Of a stretch of 64,000 nucleotides of DNA, positions 1 through 12,472 are shown piece after piece. The notes beneath the pieces were generated by a model. The model was not told the origin of the DNA. It ran no database searches and was given only the letters and a program-made list of their open reading frames with translations. The position numbers were made by a program, and so were the translations under genes. The number at the start of each line of letters is the position of its first letter. Position 1 is the stretch's first letter. The DNA comes from Heterodontus francisci (taxonomy: Eukaryota). The stretch covers positions 434,001 through 498,000 of the forward strand of contig NC_090417.1 in the NCBI RefSeq assembly GCF_036365525.1. Direction: 5' to 3'.

Positions 1-280
1 TCTATTTTAACCAACACTAGTCCGTGCTGCTTCTACTCATTTTTAACTCCAGGTATCGCGTCCAAAACACGCCTCCTTCTGCGCTTTCAGATCGAGTCTT
101 CTTGCACCGTCCCAGCACTTCAAACAGTGCAGCCTCCCCTCCTTCTGAAAATGTGCATGTTTTAAACATCTAAGGATTGGGACCGTTAGTGCAGGCCACT
201 ACGACTGCAGTGTTGAGGCCTGTGCGGTGTCAGGAACAGAGATTCATGTGACACTTGGTGTCACCCAGGACACTACTAAC

Positions 281-359
281 CTGCACCCTCAGCAGTGTGT
301 AATTCCACAGCGGCACCACAGCATTCCTCTTTTTTGGGTTCCGTAGTCCGTCCAAGGAC
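281..359 (-). CDS. GGCX: Vitamin K-dependent gamma-glutamyl carboxylase, coding exon 5 (gene continues left of the window)
   Basis: tctctcag|G TCC TTG...GTG CAG|gttagt; encodes (W)SLDGLRNPKKRNAVVPLWNYTLLRVQ, matching GGCX [26 protein letters not shown]; 79 nt, phase fits exon 4. Confidence 0.93.
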
Positions 360-519
360 CTGAGAGAGATTCAAATTTTTCAAAGAAAATGTGACTTACT
401 CGTGAACAACTGAAAGGGATCACTGTAGCGAGGTGCTTATTACTTTAAGGGGCACCTACCTAGATGTGAATGAAGCATGCCGACCTGTTCATATCATATA
501 ACAACCTGTATTTATATAT

Positions 520-794
520 CGCTGAAAACCGAGACGTTTTGTCGAAGCTTTTCGTCTTGCAGTCATCAGGACAACCCGCAAGAATACCAATGTATGGGAA
601 AGCAACAAATTTATACTGTATGAGAAGTGAGTGCTGATTGGTTGGCACGTGGACTCTGATTGGTAGGGGCGTTGCCATGGAGAATGCACCAGTTTATGAC
701 TTCGATTGGTCAAGGCATTGCCCTGAGGAATTAGCCAGTGAGTGGCTGTGACTTATTTTGTTTAGCTGAAACAGGCGCAATGTGTGTACATGTT
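520..794 (-). mobile_element. Penelope-like element end fragment
   Basis: First ~75 nt are shared with 35232-35307 and carry a hammerhead motif; ends at the 5' junction of the CR1 copy. Confidence 0.6.
539..574 (-). ncRNA. Minimal type I hammerhead ribozyme motif
   Basis: TTGTC-CTGATGA-CTGCAAGAC-GAAA-AGCT-TC-GACAA; stem I TTGTC/GACAA; palindromic AAGCTT stem III. Confidence 0.6.
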
Positions 795-3120
795 AATGAC
801 CTCATAGTTAGGGATCCTCTTGGAAGGAGTGATCACAGTATGGTTGAATTTAGAATACAGATGGAGAGTGTGAAGATAAAATCCAATACCAGGGTCCTGT
901 GCTTGAACAAGGGGGACTACAATAGAATGAGGGAGGACTTGGCTAGAGTAGACTGGAAACAAAGATTTTATGGTGGGACAGTTGACGAGCAGTGGAGGAC
1001 TTTCAAAGCAATTTTTCAAAGTGCTCAGCAAAAGTATATTCCAGTGAAAAGGAAGGACTGGAAGAAAAGGGGTAATCTGCCATGGATGTCTAAGGAAATA
1101 ATGGAGGCTATCAAATTGAAAAAGGCGGCATACAAAGTGGCCAAAAACAGCATGAAACTAGAAGATTGTGAAAACTTTAAAGGTCAACAGAGAGCCACAA
1201 AAAGAGCTAGAAAGAAAAGTAAGATAGGACATGAGAAAAAACTAGCACAGAATATAAAGACAGATAGCAAAAGTGTCTATAAATATATAAAACGAAAAAG
1301 AGTGGCTAAAGTAAACGTTGGTCCTTTAGAGGATGAGAAGGGGAATTTAGTTATGGGATATGATGAAATGGCCGAGGCATTGAACAGGTATTTTGTATCG
1401 GTCTTCACAGTGGAGGACATTAATAACATGCCAGTAATTGACAAAGAGACGAACGTAGGTGAGGACCTGGAAACAATCATTATTACAGAAGAGGTAGTGT
1501 TGGGCAAGCTAATGGAGCTAAGGATTGATAAGTCTCCTGGCCCTGATGGAATGCATCCTAGGGTACTCAAAGAGATGGCGGGAGAAATAGCAGGTGCACT
1601 GGCGGTAATTTTCCAAAATTCGCTGGACTCTGGGGTAGTCCCAGCAGATTGGAAAACAGCAGATGTGATGCCACTGTTTTAAAAAGGGAGGTAGACAAAA
1701 GATGGGGAATTATAGACCGGTTAGCTTAACCTCTGTAGTGGGGAAGATGCTTGAGTCTATTATCAAAGAAGAAATAGCAGGGCATCTCGATAGAAATTGT
1801 CCCGTTGGGCAGACGCAGCATGGGTTCATGAAGGGCAGGTCATGCTTGACAAATCTTTTGGAATTCTATGATGACATTACGAGCAAGGTGGACAATGGGG
1901 ACCCAGTGGATGTGGTGTACCTAGATTTCCAAAAGGCCTTCGACAAGGTGCCGCACAAGAGGCTGCTGCATAAGATAAGGATGCATGGCGTCAGGGGTAA
2001 AGTATTAGCATGGATAGAGGATTGGTTGACTGACAGGAAGCAAAGAGTGGGGATAAATGAGTGCTATTCTGGTTGGCAATCAGTCACTAGTGGTGTGCCT
2101 CAGGGATCGGTGTTGGGTCCGCAATTATTTACAATTCATATAGATGATTTGGAGTTGGGGACCACTTGTAGGGTGTCAAAGTTTGCAGGTGACACTAAGA
2201 TGAGTGGCAGAGCAAAGTGTGCAGATGACTGTGAAACTTTGCAGAGGAACATAGATACATTGAGTGAGTGGGCAAAGGACTGGCAGATGGAATACAATAT
2301 TAATAAATGTGAAGTCATTCATTTTGGTAGGAGTAACAGTAAAAAGGATTATTACTTGAATGGTAAAAAGTTGCAGCATGCTGCTATGCAGAGGGACCTG
2401 GGTGTCCTTGTGCATGAATCGCAGAAGGTTGGTCTGCATGTACAGCAAGTAATTAGGAAGGCAAATGGAATTTTGTCCTTCATTGCTAAAGGGATTGAGT
2501 TTAAAAGCAGAGAGGTTATGTTGCAGCTGTATAAGGTACTGGTGAGGCCGCACCTGGAGTACTGTGTGCAGTTTTGGTCTCCTTACTTGAGAAAGGATGT
2601 ACTGGCACTGGAGAGGGTGCAGAGGAGGTTCACTAGGTTGATTCCGGAGTTGAGGGGGTTGGCTTATGAGGAGAGACTGAGTAGATTGGGATTATATTCA
2701 TTGGAATTCAGAAGAATGAGGGGGGATCTTATAGAAACATATAAAATCATGAAAGGAATAGATAAGATACAAGTGGAGAGGATGTTTCCACTGGCAGGTG
2801 AAGCTAGGACAAGAGGGCATAGCCTCAAGATTAGAGGGAGCAGATTTAGGAATGAATTAAAAAGGAACTTCTTCACCCAGAGGGTTGTTAATCTATGGAA
2901 TTTCTTGCCCAGTGAAGTAGTTGACGCTTCTTCAGTAAACGTCTTTAAAGCTAAGGTAGATATCTTTTTGAATAATAAAGGAATTAAGGGATACAGTGAG
3001 AACGCGGGTAAGTGGATCTGAGTCCACGAAAAGATCAGCCATGATCTTATTGAATGGCGGAGCAGGCTCGAGGGGCCGGACGGCCTACTCCTGCTCCTCG
3101 TTCTTATGATCTTATAATTA
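795..3120 (+). mobile_element. Young 5'-truncated CR1 LINE (ORF2 tether plus RT) in GGCX intron 4
   Basis: ORFs 738-1682 and 1702-3021 joined by one frameshift; KSPGPDG, NYRPVSLTS, YLDFQKAFDKVPH, GVPQGS motifs; 3' UTR and short-repeat tail. Confidence 0.95.
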
Positions 3121-3619
3121 TGTTCTTTCTGTCTGCAAAGAACAGGGCAGGACAGGGATTTATATAGTGTCTTTAATGCAATAAAACGTCCCAAGACGCT
3201 GCACAGTAGTGTCATAAATTTGACACCAAGCCACATGAGGCGATGTTAGAGCAGGTGGGCACAAGCTTGGTCAAAGAGATAGGTTTTAAAGAGGTAGGTC
3301 AGCGAGCACGGGGTTAGTAGGTTGTAGTATAAGGGCTTGAAAGGGTTAATGTTTGAGACAGTGCGAGGAATACCTCCCACCATAATGATGTGAGAGATCA
3401 CATGTGAGAGAAACTTGCAGGAGAGGTTTCAGAGAACTCATCCAGACTTAGGTAAAGCTGTATATAGTTAATATGCAAGAAATGAGTTAATGTTAAAATT
3501 ACTGAAGACTCCAAGCTAGACTAACCAAATATACAACACAGGGGAATGGGACATAGAGTGAGTTAGGACACGGGCAGCAGAGTCTTTGAAAGATGTCAAG
3601 TTTATCGGAGGGTAGAATA

Positions 3620-4800
3620 TGGGTGACCGGCCAGGAACGCGTTGGAAAAGTCTAGAGGTAACAAAGTCACGGATGAGGGTTTCAGCAGTAGCTCAGCTGA
3701 GGCAGGGGCAGAGTCGGACAATGTTGTGAAGCTGGAAATAGGCGGTCTTAGCGATGGCGTGGATATGAGGTCGGAAGCTCATCTCGGGGTCAAATATGAT
3801 ACCAAGGTTGCGAGCAGTCTGGTTCAGCCTCAGACAGTCGTCAGGGAGAGGGATGGAGTCGGTGGCTGGGGAACGGAGTTTGTCACGGGGCCCGAAAGAA
3901 ATGGCTTCAGTCTTCCTAATATTTAACTGGAGGACCTTTCTGCTCACTGGATGTGACATAAGCAGTCTGATAACTTAAGAGACAGTGGAGGGGGCGAGAG
4001 AGGTCGAGCTGAGTGTCGTCCGCGCGTATGTGGAAACTGACCGAGTTTTCGGATGATGTCGTCGGAGTGGGAACATATAGGTGAGAAATAGGAGGGAGCC
4101 GAGGATAGATCCTTGGGGGACACCAGAGGGAACAGTTCAGGAGTAGGAAGAGAACCCACTGCAAGTGATTCTGTCTACGATTAGATAGATAAGAATGGAA
4201 CTGGGTGAGAGCAGTCCCACCCAGCTGGACAACAGTGGAGTGGCGTTGGGGGAGGATGGGGTGGTCAACCATGTCGAAGGGTGAAGATAGGACGAGGAGG
4301 AACAGTTTACCACAGGGTTTCAGCAAGTGCAGCCCGCTGGCTGACGAAAGATGGGCACGGATTTGAGAGGCGACAACACGTTGAAGGACTTTGGAGAGGA
4401 AAGGGAGGTTGGAGATGGGGGATAGTTTGCAAGGATGGCGGGGCCAAGGGTTGTTTTTGTTTTTAGGAGAGGGTGATACGGCACATTAAGGAAAAAGGGA
4501 CAGTTCCTGAGGAGAGAGATCCATTCATAATATCAGCTCACGTGGGGACCAGGAAGGGAAGTTGGGCGGTCAGACGTTTCGTGGGAAGAGGGTCGAGGGA
4601 GCTGGAGGTGGATCTCATGGACAAGACGAACTTGGAGAGGGTTCGAGGGGAGATAGGAGAGAAACTGGAGAACGAGGCAAGTCTAGGTCTAGGGCGGGTG
4701 GGGTGCTTTGGAGGAAGTTTGGCTGGCTAGAGGAAGGGAGGGACACGGCAGAGGCAGAAGATTCGATGGTCTGGATCTTGTGATGAGCTCCTCACTCTTA
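3620..4800 (-). mobile_element. Degenerate L2-type LINE fragment
   Basis: Broken frames with FDMVDH, ADDTQL, LQLNIRKTEAI, RNLGIIFD. Confidence 0.8.
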
Positions 4801-4806
4801 CTTGGA

Positions 4807-4910
4807 AGATACAGCCACTGGTGGGCACTGGGAGATACAGCCACTGGTGGGCACTGGGAGATACAGCCACTGGTGGGCACTGGGAGATACAGCCACTGGT
4901 GGGCACTGGG
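4807..4910. repeat. Minisatellite, 4 perfect copies of a 26-bp unit
   Basis: (AGATACAGCCACTGGTGGGCACTGGG)4. Confidence 0.95.
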
Positions 4911-5117
4911 TGGAGACATTGAAGAGATGCCCGCACCTTGGAACTGTCAATGCTTACAGGAGGAGCTGGAGGAAGAAAAAAGGACACTGGAAAGGAGGAA
5001 ATAATAAAAATGGGAACACGGCAGAGGGAAGGCGATAAAGAGAGAGAAAGCTTGCGACAGGAAGGAGGCGCCTCCGTGCCGGCGGGCTGTACTTGCTGAA
5101 ACCCTGAGCCCTCCTAC

Positions 5118-5283
5118 CAGTATCTGTTGGCATCCATGAAGGTGAGCTGGAACCCAATGAGCCCGTACAGGTACGAGTGGTTGTTCCATGCAGTCTTCTC
5201 CAGGAAGAAGTTGTACCAGTATGGGATTAGAAACATCAGGCAGGACAGGCGGTAGAAAAGGCCAAGCATGATCCCAATGGCAC
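5118..5283 (-). CDS. GGCX: GGCX coding exon 4
   Basis: tctgcag|GT GCC...TAC TG|gtagga; [56 protein letters not shown] with the HTTM WNNHSYL motif; 166 nt. Confidence 0.96.
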
Positions 5284-6219
5284 CTGCAGAAAGAGACATG
5301 GCATTGACATAGAGCCACAGCACCTCCCTTCGTAAATGTCACGTCACACACACAGATCGGAACTGACAAACTCATTATCGGCCAATGAAATAGGCATTTT
5401 TAACCTCGCAACTGTTATCAGGGACTTTGAAAAAGTATGATAAAATACTGTGTTATCCCCTGGACAATAATTAATTTGGTGCTCTTTGAGATAAGGAAGG
5501 GCAAAAGTACTCCCCCTACTCCCCTCTCCGATATCACTCTGACCACAACTTAGGATGACAGACTTATATTCCTATCAGATTCGAAAATTGGGTGTGTTTC
5601 TGTTCTTATTCTTGAGGGATTACAACACTTTGCAATTCCAGTGTTCTTTTATTGATAACCAGGTGGATAGACATGGAACTTCATCTTTACGGGATTTTAA
5701 GCTTTCGTTTAATACAGAGTCAACCAATAGAGACATGCACCTTCAAATCCCACCACCATAGTTTCAGTCTGCTCCTATACAAGTCAATTCCCAGTGAACG
5801 TCCACTGCCTGAATACAATTAAACACTCAATTAACACCCAGGTTAGCATCAAACACTCCGAGGGCAGGTACAGCACGGGGTTAGATACAACACTGAGGCA
5901 GGAACTTGGCAACAGGCAACGGGAGTGGGTCACTGAATGAAAGCAATTGAACTGTACAGTTCTGATCCAGTTTTAAGAGTGCCTGGTAGAGTATTTTTTA
6001 AAAATATCTATAGAATCACGAAATGGTTACAGCACAGAAAGAGGCCATTCGGCCTGTCGTGTGCATGCCAGCTCTGCAAGAGAAACTCACCGAAGTCCCA
6101 CTCTCCCCTGTCGCCCAACACAGCAAATCTTTTCGATTATCCAGTTCCCTTTCGAAAGCCACAATTGAATCTGCCTCTAACATGCTCTCAGGCAGCTGCA
6201 TTCCCGATCTGAGACTCAC

Positions 6220-6378
6220 CTAACCACATGATGACAAAGACAGCGTACATCCAGTCCAAAGGCAAAGGCTTCAGGAAGTTGAAGAGAGGGAACCGGCAGA
6301 CCACCAGCTGGTCAAAGTACTTGAAATCCAGCGAACTCAAACCTCGCTCCTGTGGGATGTCGAGGACCATCAGCATAC
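6220..6378 (-). CDS. GGCX: GGCX coding exon 3
   Basis: ttgcag|GT ATG...TTA G|gtgagt; [53 protein letters not shown]; 159 nt. Confidence 0.96.
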
Positions 6379-6934
6379 CTGCAAGGGGTGGGGGAAAGGG
6401 GAGGGGAAAAGGGAGAGCAAAACTTCACTTTTCAAATTCTGCCCGCAAGAGTCCTTCCCGATTATTACTGAATTGCACGTCCCACTGTGCTAGTGGTTTG
6501 TTCCGTTCAGTGGGATCCCCTTCCTTATGGATGCCCACGCGGTTCCAGGTACTGCATACTGAACCTTATCGAACAGAAGGCCCCAGGCTTGATCACTGGA
6601 TGGATCCTACAGCTCCCAGGTTACAAAGTAGGTCCTTACCTGTACAGGAATCCACCTACTGGAAGGCCGTATATTCCAGGGGCCTCCCAACCACAGTGAG
6701 GCCCCCACCCCCCAGTGAGGGGGCGGCACTGCTCCGAGTCACCAGGCCCCCAAAAATTCGAACGCTTAACCCCTCAACGTCAGGACCAATGCTCCAAAGG
6801 TCACAGCAAGTAGTCAGGGTCGTTTGCAGGAGTACACAACAGCAGGCCTTCAGGGAGGAGAGACTGGAGAGTGGAGAGGGCAGTGAGCAGAGTGCGGTTT
6901 CATGAAACGGAGTGTCATTTGGGCATTTAAAGGT

Positions 6935-7475
6935 TAGTCTGCAGATCCAGCAAGTAATGAGGAAAGCTAATAGAATGTTATCGTCCATTGCGAGGGAATT
7001 GAATAGAAAAGTAGGGAGGTTATGCTTCAGCTATACAGGGCATTGGTGAGACCACATCTGGAGTACTGTGTACAGTATTGGTCTCCTTATTTAAGGATGT
7101 AAATACGTTGGATGCAGTTCAGAGAAGGTTTACTAGACTAATACCTGGAATGGGTGGGTTGTTTTACGAGGAAAAGTTGGATAGGCTAAGCTTGGAGTTT
7201 AGAAGAGTAAGAGGCAACTTGATTGAAACATAGAAGATTCTGAGGGGTCTTGACAGGGTGGATGTGGAAAGGATGTTTCCCCTTGTGGGAGAATCTAGAA
7301 CGAGGGGTCACTGTTTAAAAATAAGGGGTCGCCCATTTAAGAAAGAGAGGAGGGACATTTTTTTCTCTCCGAGGGTGGTGAGTCTTTGGAATTTTCTTCC
7401 TCAAAAGGCGGCGGAAGCAGTCTTTTAAGGCAGAGGGGCCGAGTGGCCTACTCCTGCTCCCAATTCGTATGTTCC
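6935..7475 (+). mobile_element. CR1 LINE 3' fragment
   Basis: LVRPHLEYC-coding DNA and ggcctactcctgctcc tail. Confidence 0.85.
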
Positions 7476-7899
7476 TACTGCAGTTAGCAAAACATTCAGG
7501 GATAACCCAGAAACGACAGCTTAACCCTGGCCCGCCTTTGCTGTCAACAGAACATTAATGGTATTAAAAAGGGCAAAACATTCCAACCGGCTCAAGAAGA
7601 AAATCCGTGTGAGCACTTTGTAACTAGAAACAGAACTTAAAACATATCCCACACAAAACACAGGTACAGCCCTGACTGGCTGTGGTTGAGCTCTCTGGAA
7701 TGTCAACTGGCTGCATGTGTTTAATTATCTCACCTCAAGTAATGAGCAAGGGATCTGCGCACTTCCCATTTTTTTCCACAGGAAATCTGGGAAGAATTAA
7801 GGATGGAAAGAACAAATCCCGATATGTTTCGTTTTATATACTGGAGCAGGAACAACACTTGCATTCAATCTGGAATACACACGAAGATACTTCCAAAGT

Positions 7900-8780
7900 C
7901 ACACAAACCTCGGAGAGAAAAAATGTCTCCTCATCTCCGTCTTAAAAGGGGGACCGCTAATTTTAAAAGTGCCCCCTGGTTCTGGACTCGCCCACAAGTT
8001 TGGAAGCATCCTTTCCGCATCCACCTTGTCAAGACCGTTCAGGATCTTATAAACTTCAATCAGGTTTCCCCTCACTCTTCTAAACTCCAGTGAATACAAG
8101 CCCAGTCTGTCCAACCTTTCCTCATAAGACAACTCGCTCGTTCCAGGTATCAATCTAATAAACCTCCTCTGAACCGCCTCCAACGCATTTACATCCTTCC
8201 TTAAATAAAGGAGATCAAAACTGCACACAGCATTCAAGATGTGGTCTCACCAATGCCCTGTATAACTGAAGCATAACATCCTTACTTTTATTTTCAATTC
8301 CTCTCGTAATAAAGGATAGCATTCCATTGGCCTTCTTTATATTACTCACATTTTGAGACTCGTGCACTGGAACACCAAGATCCCTCTGCACCTCGGAATT
8401 CTGCAGTCGTTCTCTGTTTAAGTAATACTCTGCTTTTCCATTCTTCCTGCCAAAGTGAACAACTTCACCTTTTCCCACATCTGCCAGATTTTTGCCCACT
8501 CACTCAACCTATCTATGTCGGTCTGCATAAAAATTCTCTCTCTCACATCCACCCACCCCGTCTCTCGCCCAAAACGTTAAATCTGTGTCCCCTCGTTCTT
8601 GTACTGTCAGTTAATGGGAAGAGGTTTTGTCTACTTTATCGAAACCTGTCAGAATCTTGTCCACCTCTATCAAACCTCCCCTCAATCTCCTTTGCTCCAA
8701 GGAGAACAAACCCCAACTTCTGCAACCTAACCTTGCAACTAAAATCTTCCCATCCCTGGAGCCATTCTGGTAAATAAATA
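7900..8780 (-). mobile_element. CR1 LINE fragments
   Basis: [28 protein letters not shown] motifs in minus-strand ORFs. Confidence 0.85.
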
Positions 8781-9096
8781 ACCTGTTTTTAAAAGGGATC
8801 TATGTTAGTACAGTAAATCTTGTCCAGGGCTCCCTAGCTTTTCTTTGAATGGTGCCGTGAGATACTTTACATCCACGTGAGTGGTTTAAACGACGGCACC
8901 TCCAACAGTGTCGCACTCCCTCAGTACTCCCCAAGCATTCGATTTTGTGCTCCAGTCTCTCGACGGGGAGCTTAAACGTACGGCGGTCTGACTCAGGGGG
9001 CACGGGCGCTACCAATAAGCGACCACTGACATTGAAAACGGCAACCAGCCCCCCAACAGCCAAAAGCCCCCGGTGGAAAGGAAAGCCCGTACTCAC

Positions 9097-9276
9097 CAAA
9101 CAGGAGCCTGAAGACGCCCAAGGCCGCGGGGTCACTGGGCCGATTCAGCAGGCGGACAAACCGGTGCCAGCTTCGGAAATCCGACGGCTCGAACCCAAAG
9201 ACCCTCTTCAATCGGCCGCCTTCTTCCGATGCCCTCGGCTCCTTGGGTGCTCTCTTGCTGACCTGCTCAGACATAT
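9097..9276 (-). CDS. GGCX: GGCX coding exon 2
   Basis: ccccag|AT ATG TCT...TTT G|gtgagt; ...RLKRVFGFEPSDFRSWHRFVRLLNRPSDPAALGVFRLLFG matches the GGCX N-terminus (LNRPTDPASLAVFRFLFG). Donor firm, acceptor inferred. Confidence 0.9.
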
Positions 9277-9656
9277 CTGGGGCAGTGGACTCAAAGCCAG
9301 CACCTGTTCCTCACAAGCAAAACAAATGGAAGCTTAGGTCTTTTTTTCAAAATATAAAAAATAGCCCCCTCACTCCCACCCCTACCATCCTCAATAAAAT
9401 GCAGAATTTTCAAGCAATGTTAAATGTGCAGTGAGCACATAAGAGACACCTTCTACATTGCAAGGGGCGGAGGGGGGGGGGTGCAGTTCCAATGGGTTTC
9501 ACGTTGTAAATCATTAACTGATTTATTTGGAAAGACTTTGGCTACATTCACCAGTGCTTGCCTACGTTGAGGCTGCCTGCTTGGCTTTGAGCTGGGGGAA
9601 ACACTGTTTAAAGCACTTTCTATTCTTCCTCCCTCCTCCCTGCACTCCCCGCACAC

Positions 9657-9693
9657 CTGTGAGTTTCAAGTGCTCCTCACTTGTCCGCTGCAT
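9657..9693 (-). CDS. GGCX: Candidate GGCX coding exon 1 (MQRTSEEHLKLT-D)
   Basis: ATG at 9693-9691 with phase-1 donor CAG|gtgtgc compatible with exon 2. Alternative phase-1 donor A|gtgagg after 9681. No recognisable protein homology, position and phase only. Confidence 0.5.
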
Positions 9694-11301
9694 CTCTCGC
9701 TTGCTCGTTCGCTGCTGTTGCTGTCTGTTTCCCCCACCACGTCCTCACACTCTGCCACACTGCCAGAAAGCAACACACACACACCGATAAATAACCTCTT
9801 GCGAAAAGGCTGCAGACACACTGCCGCAAAACTGTCGTTAAAAATGTGCAAAGGCTCCTCCCAAACGCTTGTGGGTGGGCGTTTTGGCTTTGTCGGAAGC
9901 TAGAGTGTGCTGCTTTTGTGAGCCTTGTGCAAAAGGTACTTGAACCTTTGAAAGGCAATGCAATTGTGTCTCTCTGTCTCCTGAAATGACAATCCACTGA
10001 GCAAAGATGTTAATAAAGGAACATTTCCACTCCTCCTATCCTCATATCCCCTTATATCATTGGTACTTAGAAACTTGTCAATCCCTGCTTTAAACAGGCT
10101 CAATGAGTATGAGCTGAGAAATGAATCATAATCTGCACGAAATATTCCGTCGTTTTGTGTCCGTTTTTCCTCTCCTGGAACTTCCCAAGCTAAAATAAAT
10201 GCCAGCTCCCTCAAAGGTTTAGTGGGTATGTTGACTGCTCGGTGCCCCTCCACTGAGCCATTTTGGCCACAAAGTCTTTGGTTTGATTCCCAGTCTGCGC
10301 TTATCTAGGTGCCCCGAGCTGGGGCAGCAGCAGCGTGGGTGCTACAGTTTTCCCTGTGGGTCACTGTATATGGGAACTGTAGATAAATTCTTGACTAACA
10401 AGGGAGTCCAACGGTATCGGGGGGTGGGGGGGTGGGTGGTAGGTGGGAAAGTGGAGATGAGGCCACAATCCGATCAACCACGATCTTATTGAATGGCGGA
10501 GCAGGCTCGAAGGGGCTGAATGGCCTCCTCCTGCTCATAATTTGTGTGTTCGGAACTTGGCTGCGATGGCCCCCGTGGGTGAATAGCTTATCAACACTCA
10601 CTACGCTTTACTTGTGATGAGCGGCCACCGGGAACAGGCGCTGGGAGGGAACCATTGCGAGGGAACTGTATCGTGGGACGTTTCAAGTCCTGTCGAAGTC
10701 GGTCGGCACTGTTGTCGTGTAGGCAGTCAATTTGCACACAGCAAGCTCCCCCAAACCAGCAGAGATAATGACCAGATAATTTTTCTTTTTTTGAGTGAAT
10801 GAGGGATATATGTTGTGCAGGGCATCAGAGAATAGTGCCATGGGATCTTTTGCATCCACCTATGAGGGTGCATGGAGCCTTGGTTTAATGTCTCATCTGA
10901 AAATCGGCACCTCCGTCAGTACTGCGCGGGACTGCCTGTGCAGGTAATGCACTCAAGTCCCTGCGGAGTGGGACCTCTGGAAAGGAGGGGAGAGCAAATA
11001 ATTCAAAGCCCGTGCCGTTTTTCGACTGGAGCACAGGGTGGGTGCCTGCCTGGCGCTGATGGGGTTAACTCGCCGTGCATTCCTCTCCTCCAGCATCTGG
11101 CCAGTAACAGTCTCCTGCAACAGGGCTGGACTCTGCTGCATGGTAATTAAGAAGGAAGCAGGAAGTTGTGCGAGCAAATGATGACATTTAAGCAGCAGGA
11201 AGTTCTCTGAAAACTTTTGCTTGAGTTAATTTGGATAGCAAAAGTGCATGTGTCTCCCAGGCTAAAAGTTGAACAAGGACTGATACTCCCGTGGGGAAAT
11301 C

Positions 11302-11316
11302 ATGGCAGTAGCAGCC
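11302..11316 (+). CDS. VAMP8: Candidate VAMP8 coding exon 1 (MAVAA)
   Basis: Kozak aatcATGG followed by GCC|gtaagt, a phase-0 donor matching phase-0 exon 2; two CAGGAAGT ETS motifs 100-145 nt upstream. Confidence 0.65.
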
Positions 11317-11809
11317 GTAAGTAGTGTGGGGAGCTGAAACTTGTGGTTCTCGCTTTGTGTCGCAGAAGTTTGTTTGAGGCTGCTTTCACTGTGCTCTTGT
11401 GTCTCGGACTCTGGTCTGGGTGAGTCCCTGACATTTGTTCCCTTCTGGCTTGCAGCACCAAGGCCCTGGCAAGTTAAGGTGTATGCCACAGCTGGCTTGT
11501 ACGGTTCTTCATTTGTTCAGCGCCGGCTCTCACTGAGCAATTCACTTTGCAGACTGTGAGGTGGCAAATAGCTTTGTTTGACTCTGACCTGCCGTGTCAC
11601 ATTCAACTCCTGCTTTGATCCTTGGTAAAGCAAGCACTTCCTACTTTTGTCTTTTCTTGTGATATACCTGATGGAAAAGAGTCTCTTGCACCCTTGTCTC
11701 ATTCGTGCAGATGTGGGTTTAATGAGTCATCTCATCGCATGCCATTATTAAAGTGAAAATTATGCCCTTTTTCTTCTCCTGCATTACAACAATGACTAAG
11801 GTATAATAT

Positions 11810-12178
11810 AATATAAGATATAAGATTCTGAGGGGTCTTGACAGGGTGGATGTGGAAAGGATGTTTCCCCTTGTGGGAGAATCTAGAACTAGGGGTCACT
11901 GTTTAAAAATAAGGGGTCCACCATTTAAGACAGAGATGAGGAGACATTTTTTCTCTGAAGGTGGTGAGTCTTTGGGACTCTCTTCCTCAAAAGGCGGTGG
12001 AAGCAGAGTCTTAGAATATTTTTAAGGCAGAGGTAGATAGATTCTTTATGGGCAAGGGGGTGAAAGGTTATCAGGGGTAGGCGGGAATGTGGAGCAATCA
12101 GTTCAGCCATGAACTTATCGAATGACGGAGCAGGCTCGAAGGGCCGAGTGGCCTACTCCTGCTCCTGATTCGTATGTT
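11810..12178 (+). mobile_element. CR1 LINE 3' end
   Basis: Near copy of 7230-7475 with tail. Confidence 0.85.
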
Positions 12179-12472
12179 TGCATGGATGTTCATGTAACTA
12201 CACTTCAAAAAGTACTTCATTAAAGTGCTTTGGGGCGGCAGGTGGTCGTGAAAGGCTCTATATGAATGCACGTCTTCCTTTTTTTACTTGCCTGCTGCCA
12301 CAGAGCAGTTTGCCACTTTTTCCAGGGAGTCGGTTCTCCTATGAAATATCTGCGTCGAGTTGGATATGGAGAGTTTGGCTTGAGTTTAATGTCTCATGCG
12401 AAAGACGTGACATAGACGGTGCAGCACCCCTTTAGTACTGTATCAAAGTAGATGTAGATGTGTGATAAGCTT

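Noticed and set aside
3323-3538. Short TGTAGTAT...ATACAACA LTR-like segment
   Set aside because: Termini are suggestive but flanks give no convincing TSD and there is no second copy
4807-4910. CRISPR-like direct repeats (also 16291-16570)
   Set aside because: Contiguous tandem units without spacers, no cas genes, vertebrate context
6228-6905. 225-aa plus-strand ORF
   Set aside because: Antisense to GGCX exon 3 and its intron; no recognisable homology
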